45,427 bases of DNA from an uncultured Mycoplasmatota bacterium (GCA_948329525.1 CAOJBM010000003.1:1-45427), one strand, 5' to 3'. Numbered from the stretch's first letter, positions 9,284-19,430 are shown. Program-made: numbers and translations. Notes: generated by a model not told the origin, from the sequence alone.

Positions 9284-10072
9284 TTAATTTTTATTTAACT
9301 CATTTGTTAAATCTATAAAGAAAGAAAGGGGTAATTCTTCAGCTCTATTTTGCAAAGTACAATTATATTTATTTAAGATCGCTTCTACTATTTTTAAATC
9401 ATAACTTTTTAAATTATTTCGAATATTTTTTCTTTTCATGGCAAAACTATCTTTTACTAATTTTATAAATTTTTCTCTATTTAAAACTTTATTATTTCTA
9501 TTTATTTTACTCATCTTAATAACAGCACTATCTACTTTTGGCATTGGTTTAAACGATTCTTTATTAACTGTAAATAAATATTCTATATTGTAATCATAAG
9601 TAAGTAATACTGTTAAAGCTCCATATTCTTTAGTTCGAGGTAGAGCTGAAAGTCTTTCTGCTACCTCTTTTTGAACTAAAAAGACCATATCTTGAACATT
9701 TAAATTACTACTTGTTATTTTTTCGATTATTGGGGTAGTTATGTAATAAGGTATATTAGCTATAAAGTAGATATTATCATAAGTATTACTTTCTATTTCA
9801 TCTAAATTAGCTTGTAAAAAATCTTGATAAATTACTTTACAATCATCATTTTCTAAAAGATTTAAATACTTTGTTAATCTTTCATCTACTTCATAACAAA
9901 TTACTATTCCTTTTTTTTTCTTTAAATACTTAGTTAAAGCTCCCTCTCCAGGACCAATCTCAATAATTAAATCATTTTCATTTGTTTCTATAGAACTAGC
10001 AATTTTCTTTAAAACTTGTTCATCTTGCAAAAAATTCTGTCCTAAACTTTTTTTATGTTTAAACTTTTCCAT
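9284..10072 (-). CDS. rsmA: 16S rRNA (adenine1518/1519-N6)-dimethyltransferase
   Basis: SLGQNFL, EIGPGEGALT and NIPYYITTPI motifs. Synteny with the yabE-like and tatD genes. The track start GTG lies within the AGGTGA RBS, so the ATG at 10072 was used. Confidence 0.92.
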   Translation of the reverse strand: MEKFKHKKSLGQNFLQDEQVLKKIASSIETNENDLIIEIGPGEGALTKYLKKKKGIVICYEVDERLTKYLNLLENDDCKVIYQDFLQANLDEIESNTYDNIYFIANIPYYITTPIIEKITSSNLNVQDMVFLVQKEVAERLSALPRTKEYGALTVLLTYDYNIEYLFTVNKESFKPMPKVDSAVIKMSKINRNNKVLNREKFIKLVKDSFAMKRKNIRNNLKSYDLKIVEAILNKYNCTLQNRAEELPLSFFIDLTNELNKN

Positions 10073-10097
10073 ATCAATCACCTAAAAAAATGAGAAA

Positions 10098-10643
10098 TTA
10101 TCTTTCCCATCCAAATCTTAATACATCATAAGATATACTACTTCGACCTACTGATACTAAAGCATCATGTTCTGATGGCATTAAAAGGTCTAAGTCTTTT
10201 CCTAAAACTCCACGGTCTAGAACGATAGCTAATTGTTCATCTTCTTTAACCCTATTGGAATTTAGTCTTACAATTGTTCCACAAGCTAAGTTTTTTGAAG
10301 ATGCTACTATTCTTACTTTGCCATACAATGAATCTGTATAATTAACATTACCATGTAAGACATCCAAAGATGGCATACAAGATAACTTACCAGTACATAA
10401 TGGGCAATCAGCTCCATATCCCGTTAAATCTCCTATAAATGTATCTTTAGCACTATATAAATCATTATAAATATCTTCTTGAACTTTTTTAGACATAGCA
10501 GTTAAATCCAAAGTTTTATTTAAATTTTCATTTTCTTGTTTAATTTCTTTCACATTAGACTTAGTTTGAACGAACATAACAACTAATACTAAGACTGTTA
10601 TTCTAATGAAGTAATTTACATATTTAGTAAAGTTATTTTTCAT
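10098..10643 (-). CDS. YabE-like 3D/DPBB-domain cell-wall protein with an N-terminal TM anchor
   Basis: TM segment ITVLVLVVMFV. C-terminal segment IVASSKNLACGTIVRL...AIVLDRGVLGKDLDLLMP resembles a 3D/RlpA-like fold. It sits between tatD and rsmA, as yabE does in B. subtilis. Confidence 0.55.
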   Translation of the reverse strand: MKNNFTKYVNYFIRITVLVLVVMFVQTKSNVKEIKQENENLNKTLDLTAMSKKVQEDIYNDLYSAKDTFIGDLTGYGADCPLCTGKLSCMPSLDVLHGNVNYTDSLYGKVRIVASSKNLACGTIVRLNSNRVKEDEQLAIVLDRGVLGKDLDLLMPSEHDALVSVGRSSISYDVLRFGWER

Positions 10644-10688
10644 AGTTTCACCTCTAAATATCTACAATTAATTCTATCATACTGGTAC

Positions 10689-11438
10689 TTAAATGTCAAA
10701 AATACGAGCTATATTTTCGTTTGTAACTTCACTTAAATAAGAAATACTAACCCCATATAAAGTAGATAAAAACTCAGCTATAACTAGAATATTAGCTGGC
10801 TCATTTTTCTTTCCTCGATATGGTACTGGTGCTAAATATGGACTATCAGTTTCTAATACAATATTATGCAAAGGAATTCTTTCATATACCTCTTTTATAT
10901 TAGCATTTTTAAAAGTTATAACACCATTTACCCCTAACAAAAAGCCCATTTTAGTATAAATACAAGCTGTTTCGTAACTACCACTAAAAGAGTGAATAAC
11001 ACCTTTTACTTTGTATTTTTTTAACGTATCAATTGTATCTTTTGTTGCTTCTCTACTATGAACTATGACAGGTTTATTATATTTTTCGGCTAGTTTTAAC
11101 TGTAATTCAAAAAGTTCTATTTGTTTTACTTTATTATCTTTTGTATAGTGATAATCAAGCCCTATTTCTCCAATAGCAACAATTTTTTTATTAGTTAAAT
11201 TTTTTTCAATAAAATCTAAATCTTCTTTGGTATAGTTATCGACATGTTCTGGATGAATACCGATTGCTCCATACATCATATGATGTTTATAAATAAGTTC
11301 TAGCACTTCCTTACTAGTTTTAATATTATCAGCATTATTAATATATCTATTAACCTTATTTTCTTTAGCTTTATCTAAAACAAAAGAAATATCATCAAAA
11401 TATTCTTTAAAAAGATGACAATGTGTATCTGTAAACAT
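10689..11438 (-). CDS. tatD: TatD-family metal-dependent DNase/hydrolase
   Basis: DTHCHL start motif and conserved His/Asp pattern. The start overlaps the metG stop (TAATG). Confidence 0.9.
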   Translation of the reverse strand: MFTDTHCHLFKEYFDDISFVLDKAKENKVNRYINNADNIKTSKEVLELIYKHHMMYGAIGIHPEHVDNYTKEDLDFIEKNLTNKKIVAIGEIGLDYHYTKDNKVKQIELFELQLKLAEKYNKPVIVHSREATKDTIDTLKKYKVKGVIHSFSGSYETACIYTKMGFLLGVNGVITFKNANIKEVYERIPLHNIVLETDSPYLAPVPYRGKKNEPANILVIAEFLSTLYGVSISYLSEVTNENIARIFDI

Positions 11439-12973
11439 TAATTGTTCTCAGTCCTTGCAAATAAATGCTCTGGTTCATTAGTTGTAATTCCACTCTCTAG
11501 TTCGCCAAAAGTTTTTACTGATTCATAATCTCTTGCCTTAGTATTTAAGTTATCTAATATTTTCTTACTTGTACTAGGTATGAAAGAACTTAAGTGTATT
11601 GCACATATCCTAATACTTTCTAATAAGTTATAAAGTACAGTTCCAAGTCTTTCTTTACTATTTTCATCTTTAGCTAAAACCCATGGAGTAGTATTATCAA
11701 TATATTTATTACACTTACGTAATACTTCTATTATTTCTTCTAAAGCTTCTCCTACTTTTAATTCATCCATCTTTCTATCGATTTTAGAGTCAAGACTTAA
11801 AACTTCTTTAATTAAAGTTTCATCTAATTCTTCTTGGCAAGTACCTTTTTGGATAACACAATCAAAATATTTCTTATTCATACTAATTGTACGATTAACT
11901 AGATTTCCTAAAATATTAACTAAATCACTATTAATTCTTGAGATAAGCAAATCTTCTGTAAATACACCATCTTGAGCAAATGGAATCTCGTGTAAGAAAT
12001 AATATCTTACAGCATCTACTCCATACTTATTAACTAAATCATCGGCATAAACAACATTACCAGCACTTTTACTCATTTTTCCATCACTCATAATTAGCCA
12101 AGGATGTCCAAATACTTGCTTAGGCAAAGGTAGGTCTAAACTAAATAAGAAACAAGGCCAATAAATAGTATGAAATCTAATAATATCCTTTCCAATTAAA
12201 TGCAAATCAGCTGGCCATTTATAAGTAAACTCTTCACTACTATTATCTATATCAAAACCAATATTAGTTATATAGTTAGTTAAAGCATCTAACCAAACAT
12301 AAACGATATGTCCTTCATCAAATGTAACAGGAATACCCCATTTAAAAGAAGTTCTTGAAACACATAAATCTTGTAATCCTGGTTTAATAAAGTTATTAAT
12401 CATTTCATTTTTTCTAGATTCTGGCTCTATAAAATCTGGATGGTTTTCGATATAATTCATTAACTTATCTTGATATTTTGATAATTTAAAGAAATATGCT
12501 TCTTCGCATTTTTCTTCTACATTTCTTCCACAATCAGGACATTTACCATCAATAAGTTGTGATTCTGTCCAAAAAGATTCACAAGGAGTACAATAAAGTC
12601 CTTTATATTCCCCTTTATAGATATCTCCTTTATCATACATTTTCTTAAAGATATTTTGGACTACTCTTTCATGATTTTTATCTGTTGTTCTAACAAATTT
12701 ATCGTAACTAGTATCCATAATATCCCAAATATTTTTTATTTCATTTGCTACATTATCAACATATTCTTGAGGTTCAAGTCCTACTTCTTTGGCTTTTATC
12801 TCAATTTTTTCCCCATGTTCATCAGTTCCTGTTTGAAAATAAACATTACACCCCTTTAATCTTTTGTATCTTGCAATTGCATCAGCTAAAACTATTTCAT
12901 AAGTATTTCCAATATGTGGTTTACTTGATGTATAAGCAATTGCTGTTGTTATATAATATTTTTCTTTATTCAT
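11438..12973 (-). CDS. metG: methionine--tRNA ligase (short form, 511 aa)
   Basis: HIGN (HIGH-type) and KMSKS motifs; CPDC zinc knuckle. Confidence 0.95.
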   Translation of the reverse strand: MNKEKYYITTAIAYTSSKPHIGNTYEIVLADAIARYKRLKGCNVYFQTGTDEHGEKIEIKAKEVGLEPQEYVDNVANEIKNIWDIMDTSYDKFVRTTDKNHERVVQNIFKKMYDKGDIYKGEYKGLYCTPCESFWTESQLIDGKCPDCGRNVEEKCEEAYFFKLSKYQDKLMNYIENHPDFIEPESRKNEMINNFIKPGLQDLCVSRTSFKWGIPVTFDEGHIVYVWLDALTNYITNIGFDIDNSSEEFTYKWPADLHLIGKDIIRFHTIYWPCFLFSLDLPLPKQVFGHPWLIMSDGKMSKSAGNVVYADDLVNKYGVDAVRYYFLHEIPFAQDGVFTEDLLISRINSDLVNILGNLVNRTISMNKKYFDCVIQKGTCQEELDETLIKEVLSLDSKIDRKMDELKVGEALEEIIEVLRKCNKYIDNTTPWVLAKDENSKERLGTVLYNLLESIRICAIHLSSFIPSTSKKILDNLNTKARDYESVKTFGELESGITTNEPEHLFARTENN

Positions 12974-12976
12974 TTT

Positions 12977-13579
12977 TCATTCTCCTCGTATTTTTAATCT
13001 CATAATCTTTTGGTCATTTTGATAATTTAGTCTCTCTAAATATTCTTGAATTGTCATTTGATAATATTCATCTTTTACAAGTGCTTCTAAACTTCTAATT
13101 AAATTAATAATTCGTATTTTAGCATCATAACAATCTATCTTACTTCTTACATCAGGTCCATAATTTTTAATAAATGCTCTATATCTTTCATGATGATAGT
13201 CGTTCATTTCATTATAAACATAATTATGAAAAACTAATTTAATAGAATATTCTTCTTTTTTTATCTCTAAATATTTGTTTTTAAACCCAGCTGTTTCATC
13301 ATCCTCAATAATAAAATCAGTATCTTCTCCTAAAAAATGAAAGAAACAAGAATAAAATGGGTCATTAATACCAAAGACTAATTCTAATTTTTCTTCTTCA
13401 TTTCCAGTTGTATTTCCCATAAAAGAAATATCTCCATTAAGGGAAATATGGATATTCTTAACTATGTTATTTATCAAAAATGCTCTAACTATATGGATAG
13501 ATGCTTCACACCCTAGTTGAGAAAGATAAAAAGAATATCGAATATTCCCACCATCTTTTAGATTTATTTTCTTTTCCAT
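12977..13579 (-). CDS. hypothetical protein (200 aa), translationally packed between dut and metG
   Basis: ORF track. AGGTGA RBS. 10-nt gap to the dut stop and 3-nt gap to the metG start. No recognisable domain. Confidence 0.7.
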   Translation of the reverse strand: MEKKINLKDGGNIRYSFYLSQLGCEASIHIVRAFLINNIVKNIHISLNGDISFMGNTTGNEEEKLELVFGINDPFYSCFFHFLGEDTDFIIEDDETAGFKNKYLEIKKEEYSIKLVFHNYVYNEMNDYHHERYRAFIKNYGPDVRSKIDCYDAKIRIINLIRSLEALVKDEYYQMTIQEYLERLNYQNDQKIMRLKIRGE

Positions 13580-13589
13580 AAACTATCAC

Positions 13590-14066
13590 CTATTTATTTG
13601 TACTACCGATTCCACCCGTTCTAACTACATTTATCTCTTCTTCATCTTCGACAGTTAAAAATGTTGTAAATATTCCTTGAGCAATTCTATCTCCTACTTT
13701 AACAACAAAGTCTTTAATTCCATGATTTTGTAGCATTAGAAAGGCATGTCCTTCGTTAGATTCATTATTATAATAATCTTTTTCAAAAATGCCTATTTGA
13801 TTACACATTCGAACATTCCACTTAATACCCATGCTAGAACGAACAACAAGCATTAACATTTCTCCTTCGTTCATAGCTATTTTTACTCCTGTGGGAATTT
13901 TTATTGTTTCCCCTGGTTTAAGAATAAAATCAATTGGACTTCGAAAGTCATATCCAGCACTATATTTAGTTTCTCTTCTTGGTAGTTCGTGCTTTTCATA
14001 AATTTCCTTATTATTACCAATATCATGCTGCCATTGTTCCCAACTAATCTTCTCAAACTTTCTCAT
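13590..14066 (-). CDS. dut: dUTP diphosphatase (trimeric dUTPase family)
   Basis: SAGYDFRSP and C-terminal RTGGIGST motifs. The track start at 14096 lies inside the T-box terminator. The ATG at 14066 (MRKFEK) has a GAGGTG RBS. Confidence 0.85.
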   Translation of the reverse strand: MRKFEKISWEQWQHDIGNNKEIYEKHELPRRETKYSAGYDFRSPIDFILKPGETIKIPTGVKIAMNEGEMLMLVVRSSMGIKWNVRMCNQIGIFEKDYYNNESNEGHAFLMLQNHGIKDFVVKVGDRIAQGIFTTFLTVEDEEEINVVRTGGIGSTNK

Positions 14067-14080
14067 TTTTTTCACCTCGC

Positions 14081-14283
14081 AAAATAAAAAAGTCATAATA
14101 TAAGGACGAGAAATTCCCGCGGTACCACCTTATTTTATGACTTATCATACACTTTAATTCTTAACGCGAATTATTCGTTTTAGCTCCAGAACCATCTTCT
14201 ATATCAAATTATACTTTTTTTCACCAACCAAAAGCTCTCTATCAATAATATCAATATATACTCTTTCTTTCATTACCAATTAC
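14081..14283 (-). promoter_or_regulatory. T-box leader (tRNA-sensing riboswitch) with terminator/antiterminator, upstream of dut-orf-metG-tatD
   Basis: Minus strand carries AGGTGGTACCGCG (T-box sequence, plus-strand 14118-14130). It is followed by the terminator AGTCATAAAATAAGG...CCTTATATTATGACT plus TTTTTTATTTT. Stem I elements AGAGUA and AGAGAGC...GGUUGGUGAAA are present. The specifier-loop 3' side reads GAAGAUGG (AUG at 14195-14193). A TTGCTA-17-TAAGAT promoter lies at 14290-14318. Confidence 0.85.
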
Positions 14284-14359
14284 AAAATTATCTTAACATA
14301 AAAAGATTTAACTAGCAAGAAATTTTAAAAAAAGACTTGCTTAGCAAATCATTTTTATT

Positions 14360-15007
14360 TTATAAAGTGTTTTTTAATCCTACAACATCTTTATTAATAT
14401 AACCATATTCTTCTAAAAAAGATATTGTATCTTCTTCATTTAATAGAGTTGTTTTACTAATTATGGTACCGCTTACTATTCCGCCATATGGAGCACAATA
14501 AATTGTTAATTTTTTGCCTGTTCCATCTATTAATTCTTCCTTAATAGCTTGATATTTTTCTTCTATTTCAACTTTATATGCCATATCATCAATAAATACA
14601 TAATCATTTAAAGAATAGTTTCCTTCTATATCATTAAAATCTTCATTAAGACTATTAGTACTTTTTAACCAATCATATATTTCTTTAACAGATTTATCTG
14701 ACTGTGAACTTTCATTAACAATAATAACAGCTCTTCTATAAATTGGATTATTAGACAAATCGATAGAAGTCACTTTTGCTTTATATTCTAATAAATTAAC
14801 ATAATTTATAGCCAAATCTTCGCTATAAACTTCTTCTGTAGATAACTCAATTATATCTTCTTGCACTTCTTGTTCATCATTTATTTCTTCTTCAATAACA
14901 TCACTTTTTGAATTGTCTGCTAAAGTTTTTTCACTAGCACATCCTCATAAAGTATTTATTGCTATCAATCCTGCTAACATAGTTGTTAACATTTTACTTT
15001 TTTCCAC
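14360..15007 (-). pseudogene. lipoprotein gene interrupted by an in-frame TGA at lipobox position -2 (14947-14945); a pseudogene, a recoding event or a base-call error
   Basis: GTG at 15007 lies 9 nt after AAGGGGGA. The frame reads MEKSKMLTTMLAGLIAINTL-TGA-GCASEKTLADNSK and continues in frame into the 168-aa track ORF 14360..14866, whose listed start is merely the first GTG after the TGA. Confidence 0.6.
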
Positions 15008-15035
15008 AACAAAGTTCCCCCTTTTTGTTGATAAA

Positions 15036-15064
15036 ATCATATCATATTATGTCTTAAATGTCAA
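15036..15064 (-). promoter_or_regulatory. sigma-A-type promoter of the lipoprotein gene
   Basis: Minus strand reads TTGACA, a 17-nt spacer, then TATGAT. Confidence 0.7.
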
Positions 15065-15076
15065 ACAGATATACAT

Positions 15077-15604
15077 CTAGCAAGAAATATCAATCGTTTT
15101 AGCAATATATTTACTGATAAACTTGATAACATTTTGTAAAGATGGTTCTATAATATCTTTTGAATAAATTATTATCGAACCAATTGAAGAAATAGACGTA
15201 ATAATCGGATAAATATAGAAATATCCCTCTAAAGACGTATCCCCAAAAGTATATTTTTTCTTTTCCGCTGTAAAACTATATTCTCTTTCTCCAATAATCT
15301 TTCTTATATTTTCATCTAAAATCGTACTAGTAAACACTAAATTAGATAAAATTATATTATCTCTATCTGTAAATATTATGTCCATTGGATATATTTCAAT
15401 AAATGCTTCATATATTTTTTTGATATTCCCAAGTTCTATTGTTGTTTCCGAATATTTTACTAACTCTATTCTATCTCCTTGGGCTGCTATTTTTAAAACA
15501 TCACCATTATGAATTTTTAAATTTTTTCGTATATCTTTCGGAATAACTATTCTACCTAATTCATCAATCTTTTTAACAACACCATTTTCCAAAATATCAC
15601 CCAT
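15077..15604 (-). CDS. spoVT: SpoVT-like regulator (AbrB-type swapped-hairpin N-domain plus GAF-like C-domain)
   Basis: VVKKIDELGRIVIPKDIRKNLKIHNGDVLKI matches the AbrB/SpoVT N-domain. 175 aa total. It lies directly downstream of mfd, as in B. subtilis. Confidence 0.75.
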   Translation of the reverse strand: MGDILENGVVKKIDELGRIVIPKDIRKNLKIHNGDVLKIAAQGDRIELVKYSETTIELGNIKKIYEAFIEIYPMDIIFTDRDNIILSNLVFTSTILDENIRKIIGEREYSFTAEKKKYTFGDTSLEGYFYIYPIITSISSIGSIIIYSKDIIEPSLQNVIKFISKYIAKTIDISC

Positions 15605-15642
15605 TCTAAATAATAGTATTATTAAAAATTTTTAAATTATAC

Positions 15643-18600
15643 TTAATTGTTTTCTTTTACTTGCTCGATTATTTCTTCTAACAAAGGAATTATATAAAGT
15701 AAGAAATGTTTTTCTAAATTTTTTATATTTAAGGAAATGCTAAGACGATTAGCAAAAGTTTTAAATGCAAACCTTGAACAAATATCATAAGACTTTAAAA
15801 ACAATTTATCTCCTTTAATTTTCGAAGTTACTTCATTATCTAATTCAATAGTAATATTGTAATCTGTTTGAGTAACTTTAGTAATATTAAGTTGTTTAGC
15901 TAATTTTTCAAACCATTCTTCATACATATATATTTCTAATTCTTTGGATACTTTACCAAATCTATCTTCTAATTCTTCTTTAACACTCACTAATTTGTTA
16001 TATGAATCAATTTCATTAATTTTTTGATGAATTTCTATTTTTAAAGCCTCTTCACTAACATATTCCGAAGAAATATGAGTATCAACATCGATTAAAGAAG
16101 TATTACTTACATCTTCCTCTTCTACTTCTTCTCCATTAAGTTTCTTTATCTCATCTTCAATCATTTTCATATAAAGTTCAATACCAACAGAGTCAACAAA
16201 ACCTGCTTGTTCGCTACCTAATATGTCTCCAGCACCACGGATAGATAAATCTCGCATAGCAATTCGATAACCACTGCCAAGTTCGGTAAAATCTTTAATA
16301 GCTTGTAACCTTTTAACAGCAACATCTGATAAAACTTTTGCTTTATTATACATTAAATAAGCATAACCAATCCGATTACTTCTTCCAACTCTTCCTCTTA
16401 ACTGATATAATTGACTAAGTCCAAATCTGTCAGCGTCCATTACAATTAAAGTATTAGCGTTTTGAATATCAATACCTGTTTCAATAATTGTAGTACAAAT
16501 TAAAATATCATACTCATAATCAATAAATGCTTGCATAACATTTTCAAGTTCTGTTTTATTCATTTTACCATGAGCATAAGTAATTCTAGCCTCAGGAACT
16601 AACAGACTAATTCTATTAACAATATCTAAAATTGTCTCAACTTTATTATAAAGAATAAACACTTGACCTTTCCTTGATAGTTCTTTATAAATAGCATCCT
16701 TAATAAGTAAATCTTGTTCTTCAATTACATAAGTCTGTACTGGATAACGATTAACTGGTGGGGTATCAATAATAGATAAATCTCTTAAACCACTCAAGGC
16801 CATTTTCAAAGTTCTTGGAATAGGTGTCGCAGACAAAGTAAGGACATTAACATCTTTCTTATATTTCTTAATTTTTTCTTTATGAGTAACTCCAAATCGC
16901 TGTTCTTCATCAACAACTAAAAGACCTAAATTTTTAAATTTAACATCATCACTTAAAAGTCGATGAGTTCCAAAAACAATATCAATAAAACCACTAGCTA
17001 ATCCTTTTATAATTCGTTCAACTTCTTTTTTAGGAGTAAATCTATTTAAAAGCGCGATTTCTAAAGGAAAATCTTGAAACCTAATTTTAGCGTTCTCATA
17101 TTGTTGTTTCGATAAAATAGTAGTTGGACACAAATAAAATACTTGTTTTCCATTATAAACAGCTTTAAACATTCCACGAAATGCCACTTCTGTTTTACCA
17201 AAACCAACATCACCACATAAAAGTCTATCCATAGGGATATTTGCTTCTAAATCACTATTAATATCTTCAATAGCTTTTAACTGGTCAGTAGTTTCTTCAT
17301 ATGGAAAACCTAATTCAAATAATTTTTCTTCTTCTTTCTTAGAATAAGGCTCAACCTTAATTTTCTTTCTTTCGGCATATAATTTAATTAATTCTTCTGA
17401 TATATCTTTTATTTTCTTTGTTAACTGTCTCTTAGTTTTTGCCCATGCTGTACTATTTAATTTATTAATTCGGGGTTTTAAGCCATCTTTTCCTGTATAT
17501 TTAAAAATGGTACTAATCTTTTCAACAGGAATATAAATTTTATCATTTCCTTCATAATTTATTTGTAAATAATCTTTTTGAATACCATTTTTAGTTAAAG
17601 TTATTAGACCGTTATAAATTCCAATTCCATGAAGTGTATGAACAACATAATCTCCTAACTCTAATTGCTCAAAATTTTTGATTTTCTTTCCTATTTTTAA
17701 ATTATTCTTATAGTTAATGACTGTCTTTTTAACTTTGGAAATATCATTTTCAGAAATAATCACATATTCATCAAAAATAAAGCCGTTTTTAATCTTCTTG
17801 TTGACAATATTTATCCCTTTAATAACAATATTTTCTTCTTTACAAATATTAGGATTATCAAATAAGTTGCTAATTGTTCTAATTTGACTATCTAAAGATA
17901 AATAAAAAATAATTGTTTTTTTACCTTTATATAAATTAACAAATTTTTTTAGAGATTCAAAATCATCATTAAAATTATCAATTAAATTACTTTGATATTC
18001 TATAGTTTTTCTTGTACTTTTATTAGAAATATTTGTTAAATACATAACATTATATTCTTTTAATTCATCTAAATCATACATGAACTTTTGATTTTTATCT
18101 ATTTCATTAGCTATCTTGTAATTAAAAATTTCTTCTTGTAAAGAGTTATAAGAATTTTCTAATTGTTCATTATCAATTTTAAAAATATATGGTTCTTCTA
18201 AATAATCAATTAAAGAACTATTCGTTTTAGATAATATTTCAACATAAGGTTTTAAAATGATTTCATCAACTATACAAAGTGATTTTTGATTTGACTCATC
18301 AAATTTTCTTATGGAATCTAAATCTTCTCCAAAAAATTCTAATCTAGTTGGGTGTTCATCATCAAGTAAAAATATATCTATGATATATCCTCTTACAGCA
18401 TATTCTCCTGTAGTAGTTACAATGGTTGTCTTTGTATATCCATATTTTTCTATTGTTGATACAATCTCTTTATAAGTTATTTTATTTTTTAATGATACTT
18501 TAAAAGTTGTAATTTCTTTAGAATTAGGCAAATACTTTAAATAACCCATTAAATTCGTAACTATTATTGATTTAGTGTTATTTCTAATATTTTCTAACGT

Positions 18601-18867
18601 TTCTAATCTCTTATTTTTTAAATCAGGAGAAATAGCTATTGCAACACTAGTTAAGAAATCATCCATTGGAAATAGATAAGTATTATCTTCAAGCAATTTA
18701 ATTGAGTCATATATCATATTAGCTTCATATAAACTATTTGTTACAACAATAATATTTTTATTATTTTTTTGAAATATTTCTGTAATGCAAAAAGAGTTTA
18801 ACTCGCTTGTTAAACCGACAATTTCATAATTATTTTTAAATTCAAAATATTTACTTAGCACTCCCAT
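15643..18867 (-). CDS. mfd: transcription-repair coupling factor
   Basis: GDVGFGKTEVA (Walker A), DEEQRFGV, a CarD-like segment and superfamily-2 helicase motifs; 1074 aa. Confidence 0.95.
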   Translation of the reverse strand: MGVLSKYFEFKNNYEIVGLTSELNSFCITEIFQKNNKNIIVVTNSLYEANMIYDSIKLLEDNTYLFPMDDFLTSVAIAISPDLKNKRLETLENIRNNTKSIIVTNLMGYLKYLPNSKEITTFKVSLKNKITYKEIVSTIEKYGYTKTTIVTTTGEYAVRGYIIDIFLLDDEHPTRLEFFGEDLDSIRKFDESNQKSLCIVDEIILKPYVEILSKTNSSLIDYLEEPYIFKIDNEQLENSYNSLQEEIFNYKIANEIDKNQKFMYDLDELKEYNVMYLTNISNKSTRKTIEYQSNLIDNFNDDFESLKKFVNLYKGKKTIIFYLSLDSQIRTISNLFDNPNICKEENIVIKGINIVNKKIKNGFIFDEYVIISENDISKVKKTVINYKNNLKIGKKIKNFEQLELGDYVVHTLHGIGIYNGLITLTKNGIQKDYLQINYEGNDKIYIPVEKISTIFKYTGKDGLKPRINKLNSTAWAKTKRQLTKKIKDISEELIKLYAERKKIKVEPYSKKEEEKLFELGFPYEETTDQLKAIEDINSDLEANIPMDRLLCGDVGFGKTEVAFRGMFKAVYNGKQVFYLCPTTILSKQQYENAKIRFQDFPLEIALLNRFTPKKEVERIIKGLASGFIDIVFGTHRLLSDDVKFKNLGLLVVDEEQRFGVTHKEKIKKYKKDVNVLTLSATPIPRTLKMALSGLRDLSIIDTPPVNRYPVQTYVIEEQDLLIKDAIYKELSRKGQVFILYNKVETILDIVNRISLLVPEARITYAHGKMNKTELENVMQAFIDYEYDILICTTIIETGIDIQNANTLIVMDADRFGLSQLYQLRGRVGRSNRIGYAYLMYNKAKVLSDVAVKRLQAIKDFTELGSGYRIAMRDLSIRGAGDILGSEQAGFVDSVGIELYMKMIEDEIKKLNGEEVEEEDVSNTSLIDVDTHISSEYVSEEALKIEIHQKINEIDSYNKLVSVKEELEDRFGKVSKELEIYMYEEWFEKLAKQLNITKVTQTDYNITIELDNEVTSKIKGDKLFLKSYDICSRFAFKTFANRLSISLNIKNLEKHFLLYIIPLLEEIIEQVKENN

Positions 18868-18875
18868 TGTATCAC

Positions 18876-19427
18876 TTAATTTCCATTATAATCGTTCATT
18901 GTTTTTTCAATTCCATTTAGAATGAAAGAGTTAATTATATTATTATAAAGTTCTTTATTATCTTTAATATACTGTTGTTCTTCCTTACTAAATTTAGATA
19001 AGACATAATCTTTCGTTGAACTACCTTGTTTTCTAGAAATACCAAATTTAAAACGACAGAATAAGTCTGTATTTAAACAATTTATAATTGATTTTATACC
19101 ATTATGTCCGCCTGAACTAGATATTTTTTTTAATCTAATTTTACCAAATTCCAAATCTAAATCATCGTGAATAACTAAAATATCTTGAGAATTTATTTTA
19201 AAAAATTTAGCACATTCTAAAACAGAATTCCCTGATAAATTCATAAAAGTTTGTGGTTTTAGAAAAATTACTTTTTCTTCATTAATAATACATTCATGAT
19301 AGAGTCCTAAAAATTTTTCTTTCCAAAAGACATTAGATAAATAATTATCTAATATTATAAAACCGATATTATGTCTTGTTAAGTTATATTCTTTACCTGG
19401 ATTTCCAAGTCCTACTATTAGCTTCAT
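18876..19427 (-). CDS. pth: peptidyl-tRNA hydrolase
   Basis: MKLIVGLGNPGKEY...TRHNIGF signature. Confidence 0.93.
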   Translation of the reverse strand: MKLIVGLGNPGKEYNLTRHNIGFIILDNYLSNVFWKEKFLGLYHECIINEEKVIFLKPQTFMNLSGNSVLECAKFFKINSQDILVIHDDLDLEFGKIRLKKISSSGGHNGIKSIINCLNTDLFCRFKFGISRKQGSSTKDYVLSKFSKEEQQYIKDNKELYNNIINSFILNGIEKTMNDYNGN

Positions 19428-19430
19428 TAT

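Noticed and set aside
12656-13005. Plus-strand ORFs 12656..12859 and 12745..13005. The same judgement applies to 6781..7041, 19594..19785, 22918..23238, 23845..24042, 24226..24426, 34746..34961, 36358..36561 and 41127..41360.
   Set aside because: All are antisense shadows of well-supported genes, and none has an RBS or a recognisable motif.
14945-14947. Selenocysteine as the reading of the in-frame TGA in the lipoprotein signal peptide.
   Set aside because: Only a 4-bp GCTA/TAGC stem lies downstream, so no convincing SECIS hairpin is present. A redox-active Sec at lipobox position -2, which is removed with the signal peptide, makes no biological sense.
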